From a bacterium (GTDB lineage Bacteria > Patescibacteriota > Patescibacteriia > JAACEG01 > JAGUWE01): a stretch of DNA of 64,000 nucleotides. Below the pieces are notes generated by a model. That model searched no databases. It saw nothing but the letters and a program-made list of their open reading frames with translations, and was not told the origin of the DNA. This document shows, piece after piece, positions 38,563 through 47,442 of this stretch. The position numbers and the translations under genes were made by a program. The DNA lies in the NCBI GenBank assembly GCA_043798995.1, contig JAZDOD010000008.1, forward strand, positions 119,468-183,467, in the 5' to 3' direction. The stretch's first letter is position 1. Each line of letters opens with the position of its first letter.

Positions 38563-38892
38563 ATGAACATCACTATCAAGGCCACTAATTTGGAGCTAAC
38601 TCCCGAGCTTAGAGCTTATATTGAGGAAAAATTTCAGCATTTGACCCATTATTTTGATAATATTTTAGAAGCTCACGTTGAAATTGAAAAAACCACTCGC
38701 CATCATCAGAAAGGTGAAATTTTCCGCGCCGAAGCTAATTTAAGAGTGCCGGTTAAAGGCGTGTTGCGGGTAGAAAAAACAGAAAAAGACATTTATAAAG
38801 CCATTGATAAGGTTAAGGATCATTTTAAGGAAGAAATTATAAGATATAAAGAAAAATTAAGAGAACATAGCTCTCGGCCAGATAAAACTTAG
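38563..38892 (+). CDS. hpf: ribosome hibernation promoting factor (HPF/RaiA, short form)
   Basis: MNITIKATNLELTPELRAYIEEKFQHL...HVEIEK. Confidence 0.8.
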   Translation: MNITIKATNLELTPELRAYIEEKFQHLTHYFDNILEAHVEIEKTTRHHQKGEIFRAEANLRVPVKGVLRVEKTEKDIYKAIDKVKDHFKEEIIRYKEKLREHSSRPDKT

Positions 38893-38930
38893 TTTTAGTA
38901 AAATAATGTAAAAATTTAAAAGGAGGAGAA

Positions 38931-39062
38931 ATGGAAATATGGGAGGCACTTAAGATATTTTTTAATCCCGTAAAAATGTTAGTCGGGGTGGTAGTTGTGC
39001 TGATAACCTATCTGATCCTGCGTAAAATCTTTGGAGAAAAAGAAACAAAAAGAAAATCCTGA
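38931..39062 (+). CDS. small (43 aa) single-TM protein, absent from the ORF track
   Basis: AAAGGAGGAG Shine-Dalgarno sequence 4-7 nt upstream. Hydrophobic core MLVGVVVVLITYLIL. A terminator hairpin follows directly at 39080-39107. Confidence 0.45.
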   Translation: MEIWEALKIFFNPVKMLVGVVVVLITYLILRKIFGEKETKRKS

Positions 39063-39079
39063 AAATAATAAAAACTTTT

Positions 39080-39107
39080 AGCAGGCCTCAAAAACCTGCT
39101 TTTTTTA
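39080..39107 (+). terminator. rho-independent terminator
   Basis: AGCAGG-cctcaaaaa-CCTGCT + T7. Confidence 0.7.
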
Positions 39108-39190
39108 TTTACCCTGAGTTTATCGAAGGGTTTTATCCCCTTGAATTTTTGCTTAATTTGGAATATAATTAGGAAGTAATATTCTTCAAA

Positions 39191-39313
39191 TTGTCATTCC
39201 GGACTTGATCCGGAATCCAGATTATTTCTATGACAAATTATTTCACTGGATTCCTGCTCCCCGCTTTCGCGGGGACAAGTTTACCCCTGCGGAAGCAGGG
39301 GCAGGAATGACAG
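39191..39313. repeat. hairpin-repeat cluster (TGTC-hairpin-CCAG / CTGG-hairpin-GACA family), including a predicted three-way junction
   Basis: TGTCATTCCGGActtgaTCCGGAATCCAG, then CTGGATTCCTGC[CCCCGCtttcGCGGGG]...[CCCCTGCggaaGCAGGGG]GCAGGAATGACAG. Confidence 0.7.
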
Positions 39314-39333
39314 ATTATGTATTTTGTTTTCTT

Positions 39334-42129
39334 ATGAATATTTTAACAAAAATTTTAGGCGATCCGAATCAGCGGGTGATTGATAAACTTGAGCCGTTAG
39401 TTGAAAAAATTAATCAACTTGAGTCAAAATTTGAAAAATTAAGCCCCGAGGAATTAAAGGCGCAAACCGAGCTTTTTCAAGAGCGACTTAAAAAAGGCGA
39501 AACCCTGGATGAGCTTTTGCCCGAGGCCTTTGCCGCGGTGCGTGAAGCAGCCAAAAGGACTCTTGGTCAGCGCCATTTTGATGTTCAGTTAATCGGCGGC
39601 ATTGTGCTTCATCGCGGTGAAATTGCGGAAATGAAAACAGGTGAAGGCAAAACTTTAACGGCCACTTTGCCGGTTTATTTGAATGCTTTGACCGGCAAGG
39701 GCGTTCATCTGATAACAGTCAATGATTATTTAGCTCAACGCGATTCAGTTTGGATGGGGCAAGTTTATCATGCCTTGGGATTAACCATCGGCTGCATACA
39801 ACATGAAACTGCTTTTTTATTTGATCAGGCAGTGGAAAATTCCTTAAAACCCGTAAACCGTAAAGAAGCTTATTTGGCTGACATTACTTATGGCACCAAT
39901 AATGAATTTGGTTTTGATTATCTGCGCGATAATATGGTGGATGATTTAGAGAGGATGGTGCAAAGGGAACTACATTTCGCGATTGTTGACGAGGTTGACA
40001 GTATTTTAATTGACGAAGCTCGCACCCCGCTTATTATTTCCGCACCGGCCGAAGAAGGGACCGAGATGTATTATAAATTCTCCCAATTGGTTAAACGATT
40101 GAAAGAAAACGAGGATTACAACATTGATGAGAAAATGCGCGCGGCTACTCTGACCGAAGAGGGCATTAATAAAATGGAACGTTGGCTTGGCGTTGATAAT
40201 ATTTATACTGCCGGCGGCGTTCGGATGGTCCATCATATTGAACAGGCGCTAAGGGCTATGGCGCTTTTTAAACTTGATCGCGATTATGTTATAAAAGACG
40301 GCGAAATAATTATTGTTGACGAATTTACCGGTCGGCTGATGTTTGGCCGGCGTTACAGCGAAGGGCTTCATCAAGCCATTGAAGCCAAAGAAGGAGTGCC
40401 AATCCAGCGCGAATCGCAGACACTGGCCACTATTACTTTTCAGAATTATTTCCGGCTTTATGAAAAATTGGCCGGTATGACCGGCACGGCCGTAACCGAA
40501 GCCGAAGAATTCGCCAAAATTTATAATTTAGAAGTTGTAATAATTCCGACCAATAAACCAATGATCCGGCGCGATTTAGCTGATAGAGTTTATCGCAGTG
40601 AGGCCGGAAAATTTCAAGCAGTAATTGAAGAAATTAAAATTCATCATCAAAAAGGCCAGCCGCTTTTAGTTGGCACTATTTCTATTGAAAAAAATGAATT
40701 TTTAAGCCAGCTGCTTAGCCGTGCCGGCATTGCGCATAATCTTTTGAATGCCAAACAGCATGAAAAAGAGGCGCAGATTATCGCTGACGCCGGTAAAATC
40801 GGGGCTGTGACTATTGCCACCAATATGGCCGGCCGCGGTGTGGATATTATCCTTGGCGGCAGGCCGCCCGCGGAACTAATAACTAATAACTTACAACTTA
40901 CAACAGAGCAAAAGGGGAAATTGACAAAATGGCAGGAGGAGCACGATAAAGTGGTGGCATCAGGGGGGTTGCACATCATCGGTACTGAACGCCACGAATC
41001 GCGCCGCATTGACAATCAGTTGCGTGGTCGCAGCGGCCGTCAGGGTGATCCGGGGAGTAGCCAGTTTTATGTTTCTATGGAAGATGATTTAATGAGAATT
41101 TTCGGCGGTGAAAGAATGAAAAATTTAATGACCACTCTCAGAGTGCCGGAAGATATGCCGATTGAAAACAGAATGGTTTCCCGCTCAATTGAATCAGCCC
41201 AGAAAAAAGTGGAGGCCCATCACTTTGATATTAGAAAACATTTGGTTGAATATGACGACATTATTAATAAACACCGGGAGGTAATTTATAAAAAGCGTTG
41301 CGAGATTTTAGAAATAGTGAAAGCCGAAGAGGAAGAAAAAGCCGAGGAAAAGCTGCATGATGAAATTTTGAAAATGGTGGAAAAAGAAATTGAGCAGATT
41401 GTTCTTTTTCATACCGATGAATCAAAAGGCGACTGGAGTTTGAAAGAAATTTATGAGGCGGTCAAGACGATTTTTCCGGTTACCCAGGAGTTAGAGCTTA
41501 GAATTGAAGAAATTAGCCAAGATAAAGGCCAACTGGGCGTGGCTGAAATTAGAACGAAAATCATTAATTATTTATTTGATTTGGCGCATAAAGCGTATGA
41601 ACAGTTGGAAAATAAGGTTCTTACCAACAGCAATGATCCAAAATTGATGCGGGTAATTGAAAAAGGCATACTGCTTAGGGTGATTGATACGCTTTGGATT
41701 GAACATTTGGAAGCAATTGACCACTTGCGCACCGGCATTGGGCTGCGCGGCTATGGCCAGCGCGATCCTTTAGTTGAATATAAGAAAGAAGCTTTTCGCA
41801 TATTCACTGAACTGGTGAATTTAATTCAAAAAGAAGTGGTCTATAGTATTTATAAAATCAGCTTTGCCCAAAAAATCGCGCCATCTTTGATGCAAACTGA
41901 CGCTATTAATGTTTTGGCGCCAAGCAAAACCATGGAAAAAGGAACCGATCGCTGGGCTCAAACGCCGCTTACTAAAGAGGCAAACCAGCGCAGCCAAGAT
42001 TCAATTCCCGCCAAAATGCGCGATGCTGCCGGCCAAAAAGTCGGTAGAAACGATCCGTGCCCATGTGGAGCGACTAAATCAGACGGTCGTCCGATTAAAT
42101 ATAAACATTGCCATGGTAAGGGTGCTTAA
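39334..42129 (+). CDS. secA: preprotein translocase ATPase SecA
   Basis: Walker A (MKTGEGKT), DEAD-like DEVD motif, HIIGTERHESRRIDNQLRGRSGRQGDPG and a C-terminal Zn motif CPCG...CHG. The ORF-track start at 39205 is an artefact of the repeat. Confidence 0.9.
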   Translation: MNILTKILGDPNQRVIDKLEPLVEKINQLESKFEKLSPEELKAQTELFQERLKKGETLDELLPEAFAAVREAAKRTLGQRHFDVQLIGGIVLHRGEIAEMKTGEGKTLTATLPVYLNALTGKGVHLITVNDYLAQRDSVWMGQVYHALGLTIGCIQHETAFLFDQAVENSLKPVNRKEAYLADITYGTNNEFGFDYLRDNMVDDLERMVQRELHFAIVDEVDSILIDEARTPLIISAPAEEGTEMYYKFSQLVKRLKENEDYNIDEKMRAATLTEEGINKMERWLGVDNIYTAGGVRMVHHIEQALRAMALFKLDRDYVIKDGEIIIVDEFTGRLMFGRRYSEGLHQAIEAKEGVPIQRESQTLATITFQNYFRLYEKLAGMTGTAVTEAEEFAKIYNLEVVIIPTNKPMIRRDLADRVYRSEAGKFQAVIEEIKIHHQKGQPLLVGTISIEKNEFLSQLLSRAGIAHNLLNAKQHEKEAQIIADAGKIGAVTIATNMAGRGVDIILGGRPPAELITNNLQLTTEQKGKLTKWQEEHDKVVASGGLHIIGTERHESRRIDNQLRGRSGRQGDPGSSQFYVSMEDDLMRIFGGERMKNLMTTLRVPEDMPIENRMVSRSIESAQKKVEAHHFDIRKHLVEYDDIINKHREVIYKKRCEILEIVKAEEEEKAEEKLHDEILKMVEKEIEQIVLFHTDESKGDWSLKEIYEAVKTIFPVTQELELRIEEISQDKGQLGVAEIRTKIINYLFDLAHKAYEQLENKVLTNSNDPKLMRVIEKGILLRVIDTLWIEHLEAIDHLRTGIGLRGYGQRDPLVEYKKEAFRIFTELVNLIQKEVVYSIYKISFAQKIAPSLMQTDAINVLAPSKTMEKGTDRWAQTPLTKEANQRSQDSIPAKMRDAAGQKVGRNDPCPCGATKSDGRPIKYKHCHGKGA

Positions 42130-42222
42130 ATTTAAGAAAAAAGCAAGCGGAGTCCACCAAAGCCTTGGCGTCGGCGGATGGGTCAGGTAAGAAATATAAA
42201 AAGTGTTGCGGGAAATAAAATT

Positions 42223-42651
42223 ATGGAACAAAACAAGCCAAAAGTTGGTGTCGGCGTGATGATTCTTAAGGATGGCAAGGTTTTGCTTGGCAAAAGAAAA
42301 GGATCGCACGGAGAAGGAGAATATGCTTTCCCTGGCGGCCACCTTGAGTATATGGAATCTTTTGAGGATTGTGCGAGGAGGGAGGTTAATGAAGAATGCG
42401 GCATTGAAATTAAAAATATCCGATTCCAGTTTTTAGCCAACATAACGAAATACGCCCCCAAACACTATGTGCACATCGGATTATTAGTAGATTGGAAAAG
42501 TGGCGATCCTAAAGTATTGGAGCCAGAGAAGTCGGAATCATGGGATTGGTATGAGCTTGATAAATTACCGCAGCCGATGTTTGAGATGTGTAAATTAGCC
42601 ATTGATAGCTATAAGACTGGCAGGAATTATTATGATGTTCCTGCGGACTAA
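42223..42651 (+). CDS. NUDIX hydrolase
   Basis: Nudix box GGHLEYMESFEDCARREVNEECGI. Confidence 0.7.
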   Translation: MEQNKPKVGVGVMILKDGKVLLGKRKGSHGEGEYAFPGGHLEYMESFEDCARREVNEECGIEIKNIRFQFLANITKYAPKHYVHIGLLVDWKSGDPKVLEPEKSESWDWYELDKLPQPMFEMCKLAIDSYKTGRNYYDVPAD

Positions 42652-42672
42652 GAAATAAATATAAGAAGTGCC

Positions 42673-43137
42673 TTGGGGCGTAAAAATATGCCAAAATTTA
42701 AACCCAAACCGGGACAAATTGATTTTAGCCAGGCTCGTTGGGCGCCGGTGATTAATTGCGTGGTAAAATACAAAGATAAAATTTTAATTGTCCAGCGAAG
42801 CCAGGATTCTAATTTTTATCCCGGCTACTGGAACGGCATTTCCGGCTTTTTGGACGATGATAGAAGTTTGGAAGAAAAAGTCAAAAAAGAATTACAAGAA
42901 GAATTGGGGATTGAGCAGGCAAATATAATCTCAATTCGTTTGGGAGCAATTTTTCACGAAGATGCGCCAAAATATAATAAAACCTGGATTGTTCATCCGG
43001 TTTTGGTAGGGGTGGCAACAGACAAAATTAAACTTGATTGGGAGGCGCAAAATTATCAGTGGGTTACTCTCAAAGAAGTAAAAAATTTCAATTTATTGCC
43101 GGGATTTGATAGGGTGTTAGAGAATTTGTTTAATTAA
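42673..43137 (+). CDS. NUDIX hydrolase (second, divergent)
   Basis: GFLDDDRSLEEKVKKELQEELGI. Confidence 0.6.
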   Translation: MGRKNMPKFKPKPGQIDFSQARWAPVINCVVKYKDKILIVQRSQDSNFYPGYWNGISGFLDDDRSLEEKVKKELQEELGIEQANIISIRLGAIFHEDAPKYNKTWIVHPVLVGVATDKIKLDWEAQNYQWVTLKEVKNFNLLPGFDRVLENLFN

Positions 43138-43142
43138 CAACC

Positions 43143-43233
43143 TGTCATCCCGCACTTAATGCGGGATCCAGAACTTGCCCTTGTTAAAGTAAGGAACTAT
43201 CAAAACTGGATTCCTGCTTTCGCAGGAATGACA
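43143..43233. repeat. MITE-like composite of two inverted hairpin-repeat units
   Basis: TGTCATCCCGCActtaaTGCGGGATCCAG ... CTGGATTCCTGCtttcGCAGGAATGACA. Confidence 0.7.
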
Positions 43234-43286
43234 ATCTTTTTATTATTTGATTTTTTTTTAAGTTTGTTGTATATTTAAAATAATAT

Positions 43287-44030
43287 ATGATTGAGTTAAT
43301 TTGGCATGATTTTTTGTACCAGCCGTTTTTGAATTTACTGATTCTGATTTATAACAATTACACGAATTTTAATCTGGGATTGGCGGTTATTTATTTGACC
43401 GTTCTTTTACGATTAGTGCTTTTGCCCTTTACATTTGTTTCCGAACGTGATAAATTGCGCTGGGAGCGGCTTAACGAGGAAGTTAAGAAGATCAAAGAGG
43501 ATTATAAAAAAGATCCGGTGATGATGAAAGAAATGGTCCGCGAAACTTTAAAAAAATATCAGATTCGGCCCTGGGCTAAAACCGTGGTTTTGGGAATTCA
43601 ACTTCTGGTTTTGATTGTCTTATATCAGGTTTTTATGGGTGGAATTAATAATAAATTTAATGATTTATATAACGGCGTAGACGCGCCTGATTTTATTCAG
43701 CTGATCTTTTTGCCTATTAATCGATTAAATTTTTCCGGTTTTAATTTGGGGGCGACCAGAGATTTAATTTTACCAGCTTTAGTCGGCATAATTTTGTATC
43801 TTGAAATTTATCTTAGCCAGAGAGCCCGCAGCGAAATTTTAACCCGTTCGGACGCGGCTTTTCGATTTTTTTTCCCGCTTTTTAGTTTTTTCGCCCTTTA
43901 TTATCTGCCGACGGTGAAATCAGTTTTTATATTGACTTCAATGTTTTTTTCCATTATTGTTTCACTGATAGCTTGGCCGTTTAGAATGGCGATGCTTAGG
44001 GCGAATAAACTAAATATTAATAAAACTTAA
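43287..44030 (+). CDS. yidC: membrane protein insertase YidC/Oxa1 (short form)
   Basis: LGLAVIYLTVLLRLVLLPFT, KKYQIRP, 5 TM segments. Confidence 0.7.
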   Translation: MIELIWHDFLYQPFLNLLILIYNNYTNFNLGLAVIYLTVLLRLVLLPFTFVSERDKLRWERLNEEVKKIKEDYKKDPVMMKEMVRETLKKYQIRPWAKTVVLGIQLLVLIVLYQVFMGGINNKFNDLYNGVDAPDFIQLIFLPINRLNFSGFNLGATRDLILPALVGIILYLEIYLSQRARSEILTRSDAAFRFFFPLFSFFALYYLPTVKSVFILTSMFFSIIVSLIAWPFRMAMLRANKLNINKT

Positions 44031-44164
44031 CAGGTTTAGTTAAAAGTTTAAAGTTTAAAGTGAAAAGTCAAAGTCCAAAATTAAAAATTATTGCTAAAAG
44101 CTAAAATTTTAACTTGAAAATTTAATTTTTAACTTTTCATTTTTAACTTTTAACTATTTATTTT

Positions 44165-44746
44165 ATGGCCGAAGCAATTGATAAGATGATGTATTCCTTT
44201 GTGGTTGAGGATGTTTTGAAGGGATTTTTTATCAAAGTCCCGCCCGGTTATGTCGCCTGCGTTTATGACTTGGGCAGGGGGGTTTTAAAAAGAGTTTTAA
44301 AGCCGGGACTGCATTTAAAAATTCCCTTTTGGCAGAAAGCCAAACTTTTCAACACCCAGACCTTGGAATACAACATCAGTAAGAATTTTGATTCTAAAAA
44401 CGAAAAATTAATGGGCGATGAATTAGTTCGCGTTGTTTCCTTTGACAGTCGAAGTGGCTTAGTGGAAGGAACTATTCTTCTTCGCTTAGATGTGGAACAA
44501 ATCCCGCATATCTGGCAAAATATCGGCGAAGAATTTGTTGAAAAAATTATCCGGCCAACCATCCGTTCCCGCGTCAGAATGATTGCCACTAAATATAACC
44601 TCAAGGACTTAATATCAACCCATCGCGGTCAGGTTGAAATTGAAATCAAGCAGGAATTGGAGAAAATTTTTTATTCCCGTGGCATTTTAGTCGAAAATGT
44701 ATTGCTTTCAGAAATCAAACCCATCTCAGGTAGCGATCAGAAATGA
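44165..44746 (+). CDS. SPFH/band-7 domain protein
   Basis: Prohibitin-like core with no obvious TM segment. Confidence 0.5.
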   Translation: MAEAIDKMMYSFVVEDVLKGFFIKVPPGYVACVYDLGRGVLKRVLKPGLHLKIPFWQKAKLFNTQTLEYNISKNFDSKNEKLMGDELVRVVSFDSRSGLVEGTILLRLDVEQIPHIWQNIGEEFVEKIIRPTIRSRVRMIATKYNLKDLISTHRGQVEIEIKQELEKIFYSRGILVENVLLSEIKPISGSDQK

Positions 44747-44766
44747 AATTCTATACCCTTTAAATT

Positions 44767-46485
44767 ATGAAATTTTTGACTCCTTTTTTTAGAAAATTAT
44801 TATTTCGCAAATCAGATCAAAAACCCAAAGCCAAAATTCGCTGGCTTGTTTTTGGTTTATTTATCATAGCACTTTTAGTAGCTGCCTTTGATTTTCCGTC
44901 TTATTTTAATGGGGGCGTTGACTGGATTAATGCCAAGACCAGTTTGGGGCTACCCAAGATGTATGATAAACCGTTTAAATTGGGGCTTGATTTGCAGGGT
45001 GGCACTCGTTTAATTTACGAAGCTGATGTTGCCAACATTCCGGATACTGACCGTAATTCAGCCATGGACGGAGTGCGTGATGTTATTGAAAGACGCGTTA
45101 ATGCCTTTGGCGTTTCTGAACCGATTGTTCAGACCAGTAAAACCAGCGGCCAGTGGCTGGTGGTAGTTGAATTAGCCGGCATTAAGGACGTTAATCAGGC
45201 CATAAAAATGATCGGCGAGACACCTCTTTTGGAGTTTAAAGAAGAAAATCAGCCAACTCAAAAGGAATTAACGCCAAAAGAGCAAAAAGAACTGGATGAT
45301 TATAACAAAAAAGCCGAGGAAAAAGCAACAGAAATTCTGAAAGAAGCTCTCAAGCCGGGAGCCGATTTCGCCGAATTAGCTAAAAAAAATTCAGAAGATC
45401 CTGGTTCGGCCCAAAGTGGAGGCGATTTAGGGTTTTTTAAAAAGGGGCAAATGGCGCCGGAATTTGAAAAAGCCGCTTTTGAATTAGGCAATGGGGAGAT
45501 TAGCAAAAATTTAGTTCAGTCAATGTTTGGTTATCACATTATTAAAAGGGAAGAATCGCGCGGGGGAGCACAACCGGACGGTACCGATACCACCGAAGTC
45601 AGAGCCCGCCATATTTTAATTAAAACCAAGTCTAGGGCTGACTTTCAGCCAGAAGCTCCGGCTTGGCTTAACACTCAACTTTCCGGCAAACATTTAAAGC
45701 GTGCTTATGTTCAGTTTGATCCTAATACCCAGGCGCCGGAAGTGAGTTTGGAATTTAATGATGAAGGTAAAAATTTATTTGCCGAAATTACTTCACGTAA
45801 TATCGGCAAGAAAGTAGCTATCTTTTTAGACGAAACGCCAATCAGTATTCCCACTGTCCGTGAGGCAATTAAGGAAGGCAAGGCTATTATCAGCGGCGAT
45901 TTTACTTTAGCCGAAGCTAAATTATTAGCTCAACGGCTTAATGCCGGCGCACTACCCGTGCCGATTAAATTAGTCAGTCAAAATACAGTCGGGGCGACCC
46001 TAGGCAGTATTTCGCTTGAAAAAAGCTTAACCGCTGGTTTTATTGGTTTGGTGGCCGTGGTTTTATTTATGATTTTACTTTATGGCCTAAATGGTCTTCT
46101 GGCTGATTTCGCCCTTTTAGTTTATGGCGTAACAACCCTGGCAATTTTTAAATTATTTGGTATTACTTTGACTTTAGCTGGCATTGCCGGTTTTATCCTT
46201 TCAATCGGGATGGCTGTTGATGCCAATATTTTGATTTTTGCCAGAATGCGCGAAGAAAAAAAATTGGGCAAAAGCGGTTTTCAACTTATTGAAGACGGCT
46301 TCAAACGAGCCTGGCCCTCCATTCGCGACAGCAACATTGCTACTATAATTACTTCTTTAATTTTAATCTGGTTTTCTACCAGCGTTGTTAAGGGTTTTGC
46401 CATAACTTTAATTCTCGGCGTTTTAGTCTCAATGTTTACCGCTATTGTTGTGACGCGATTACTGCTTAAAGCATTTAGAAGTTGA
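44767..46485 (+). CDS. secD: protein-export membrane protein SecD carrying an embedded PpiC/parvulin-type PPIase domain
   Basis: SecD P1 head and C-terminal 6-TM segments. The internal block ADFAELAKKNSEDPGSAQSGGDLGFFKKGQMAPEFEKAAFEL...MFGYHIIKRE is a parvulin signature. Confidence 0.8.
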   Translation: MKFLTPFFRKLLFRKSDQKPKAKIRWLVFGLFIIALLVAAFDFPSYFNGGVDWINAKTSLGLPKMYDKPFKLGLDLQGGTRLIYEADVANIPDTDRNSAMDGVRDVIERRVNAFGVSEPIVQTSKTSGQWLVVVELAGIKDVNQAIKMIGETPLLEFKEENQPTQKELTPKEQKELDDYNKKAEEKATEILKEALKPGADFAELAKKNSEDPGSAQSGGDLGFFKKGQMAPEFEKAAFELGNGEISKNLVQSMFGYHIIKREESRGGAQPDGTDTTEVRARHILIKTKSRADFQPEAPAWLNTQLSGKHLKRAYVQFDPNTQAPEVSLEFNDEGKNLFAEITSRNIGKKVAIFLDETPISIPTVREAIKEGKAIISGDFTLAEAKLLAQRLNAGALPVPIKLVSQNTVGATLGSISLEKSLTAGFIGLVAVVLFMILLYGLNGLLADFALLVYGVTTLAIFKLFGITLTLAGIAGFILSIGMAVDANILIFARMREEKKLGKSGFQLIEDGFKRAWPSIRDSNIATIITSLILIWFSTSVVKGFAITLILGVLVSMFTAIVVTRLLLKAFRS

Positions 46486-46518
46486 AAATATAAAATTAAA
46501 ATGACAAAAAATGTCATA

Positions 46519-46614
46519 ATGTCATTGCGAGTCCAGCCCTTTCCGAATAAAGGGCTGGGCGTGGCAATCTCATTAATTACTAATTTGTCATGCTGAACTT
46601 GTTTCAGCATCTCA
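46519..46614. repeat. hairpin-repeat units (two)
   Basis: TGTCATTGCGAGTCCAGCCCTTTccgaataAAGGGCTGGgcgtgGCAATCTCA and TGTCATGCTGAACttgTTTCAGCATCTCA. Confidence 0.65.
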
Positions 46615-46702
46615 ATTAAAATTAGGTTTAATTAAGTTCACATAAAATCCAATCAGAGATCGAATATACAAAAACACATCACCTAAAAACGAGTTAGGTG
46701 AA

Positions 46703-47251
46703 ATGCTTGCTTATTTGTATACGAATCATATGAAAAAAACTATATTAAAAATTGCCATAATCGTTTTTGCATTACTTCTATTATTTAGTTTGTCAACATA
46801 TACATGGTATATTGGCGTTTTTGTAGGATTACTTTTTTCAGCAATGCCATTCCTCATATCAATCATTACCTTAATAATTGGTATTATTATTTTCGTTACT
46901 CGCAAAAAGATATTATTAGCATTATATTCGTTGATGATAATCATAACAATTATATTGAGTTTTTTCATCGGATCATATATTGGGGAGCTTAAAGAAAAAA
47001 ATACCGCTAAGAATGCCGAGGAAGTTATAGTATTGTTAGAATCTTATAAAATTAAACACAACGAATATCCGGAAAATATTTTATTGTTATTTTCTGATTT
47101 TCCGGACAGCAAAGTTAAATTCAAAAATATTACTTATAATTATATAAACGGCAAAGAATATGAACTATTTCTTAATACAACAAACTGTGGAAAGATATAT
47201 ATAAACAGAACAACAGAACAAAAATGGGATTCTTTGCCATGTCTTCCATAA
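46703..47251 (+). CDS. hypothetical membrane protein inserted between secD and secF
   Basis: 3 TM segments and a C-terminal soluble domain. Hairpin repeats lie on both sides. Confidence 0.4.
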   Translation: MLAYLYTNHMKKTILKIAIIVFALLLLFSLSTYTWYIGVFVGLLFSAMPFLISIITLIIGIIIFVTRKKILLALYSLMIIITIILSFFIGSYIGELKEKNTAKNAEEVIVLLESYKIKHNEYPENILLLFSDFPDSKVKFKNITYNYINGKEYELFLNTTNCGKIYINRTTEQKWDSLPCLP

Positions 47252-47413
47252 ACAAGCAAGTACATCGCCTAACACCGAATAAACGGAAAAGTCCTCGGTT
47301 CGAACTTTTCGCAAATTTTCTTCGCTACGCTTCAGAAAAACTTCGTTTATTCGGATATGTTAGACGAAATAAATTTTATAACCCCCCTTATTTTCTAATT
47401 AACCTCCATTCAA

Positions 47414-47442
47414 CAGATCCCGAAACAAGTTCGGGATGACAG
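47414..47442. repeat. hairpin-repeat unit whose ATGACA end supplies the secF start codon
   Basis: CAGATCCCGAAacaagTTCGGGATGACAG, with the secF ATG at 47436. Confidence 0.65.

Noticed and set aside
39205-39333. N-terminal extensions of SecA (from 39205), Tgt (from 33637), the 49006 ORF and RadC (from 13861).
   Set aside because: The extensions are encoded by repeat or hairpin DNA, or lack homology. Conserved N-termini begin at internal ATGs, some with good Shine-Dalgarno sequences.
40870-40910. ACTAATAACTTACAACTTACAAC low-complexity DNA in secA could be an insertion like the one in the GT4 gene.
   Set aside because: The encoded segment (GGRPPAELITNNLQLTTEQKGKLTKWQEEHDKV) has the same length as the E. 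coli SecA segment between the flanking conserved blocks, so there is no insertion.
47283-47310. A GGTTCGAAC-containing hairpin (GAAAAGTcctcggttcgaACTTTTC) could be a tRNA T-arm.
   Set aside because: The stem is 7 bp with an 11-nt loop. No acceptor, D or anticodon arms can be built around it.
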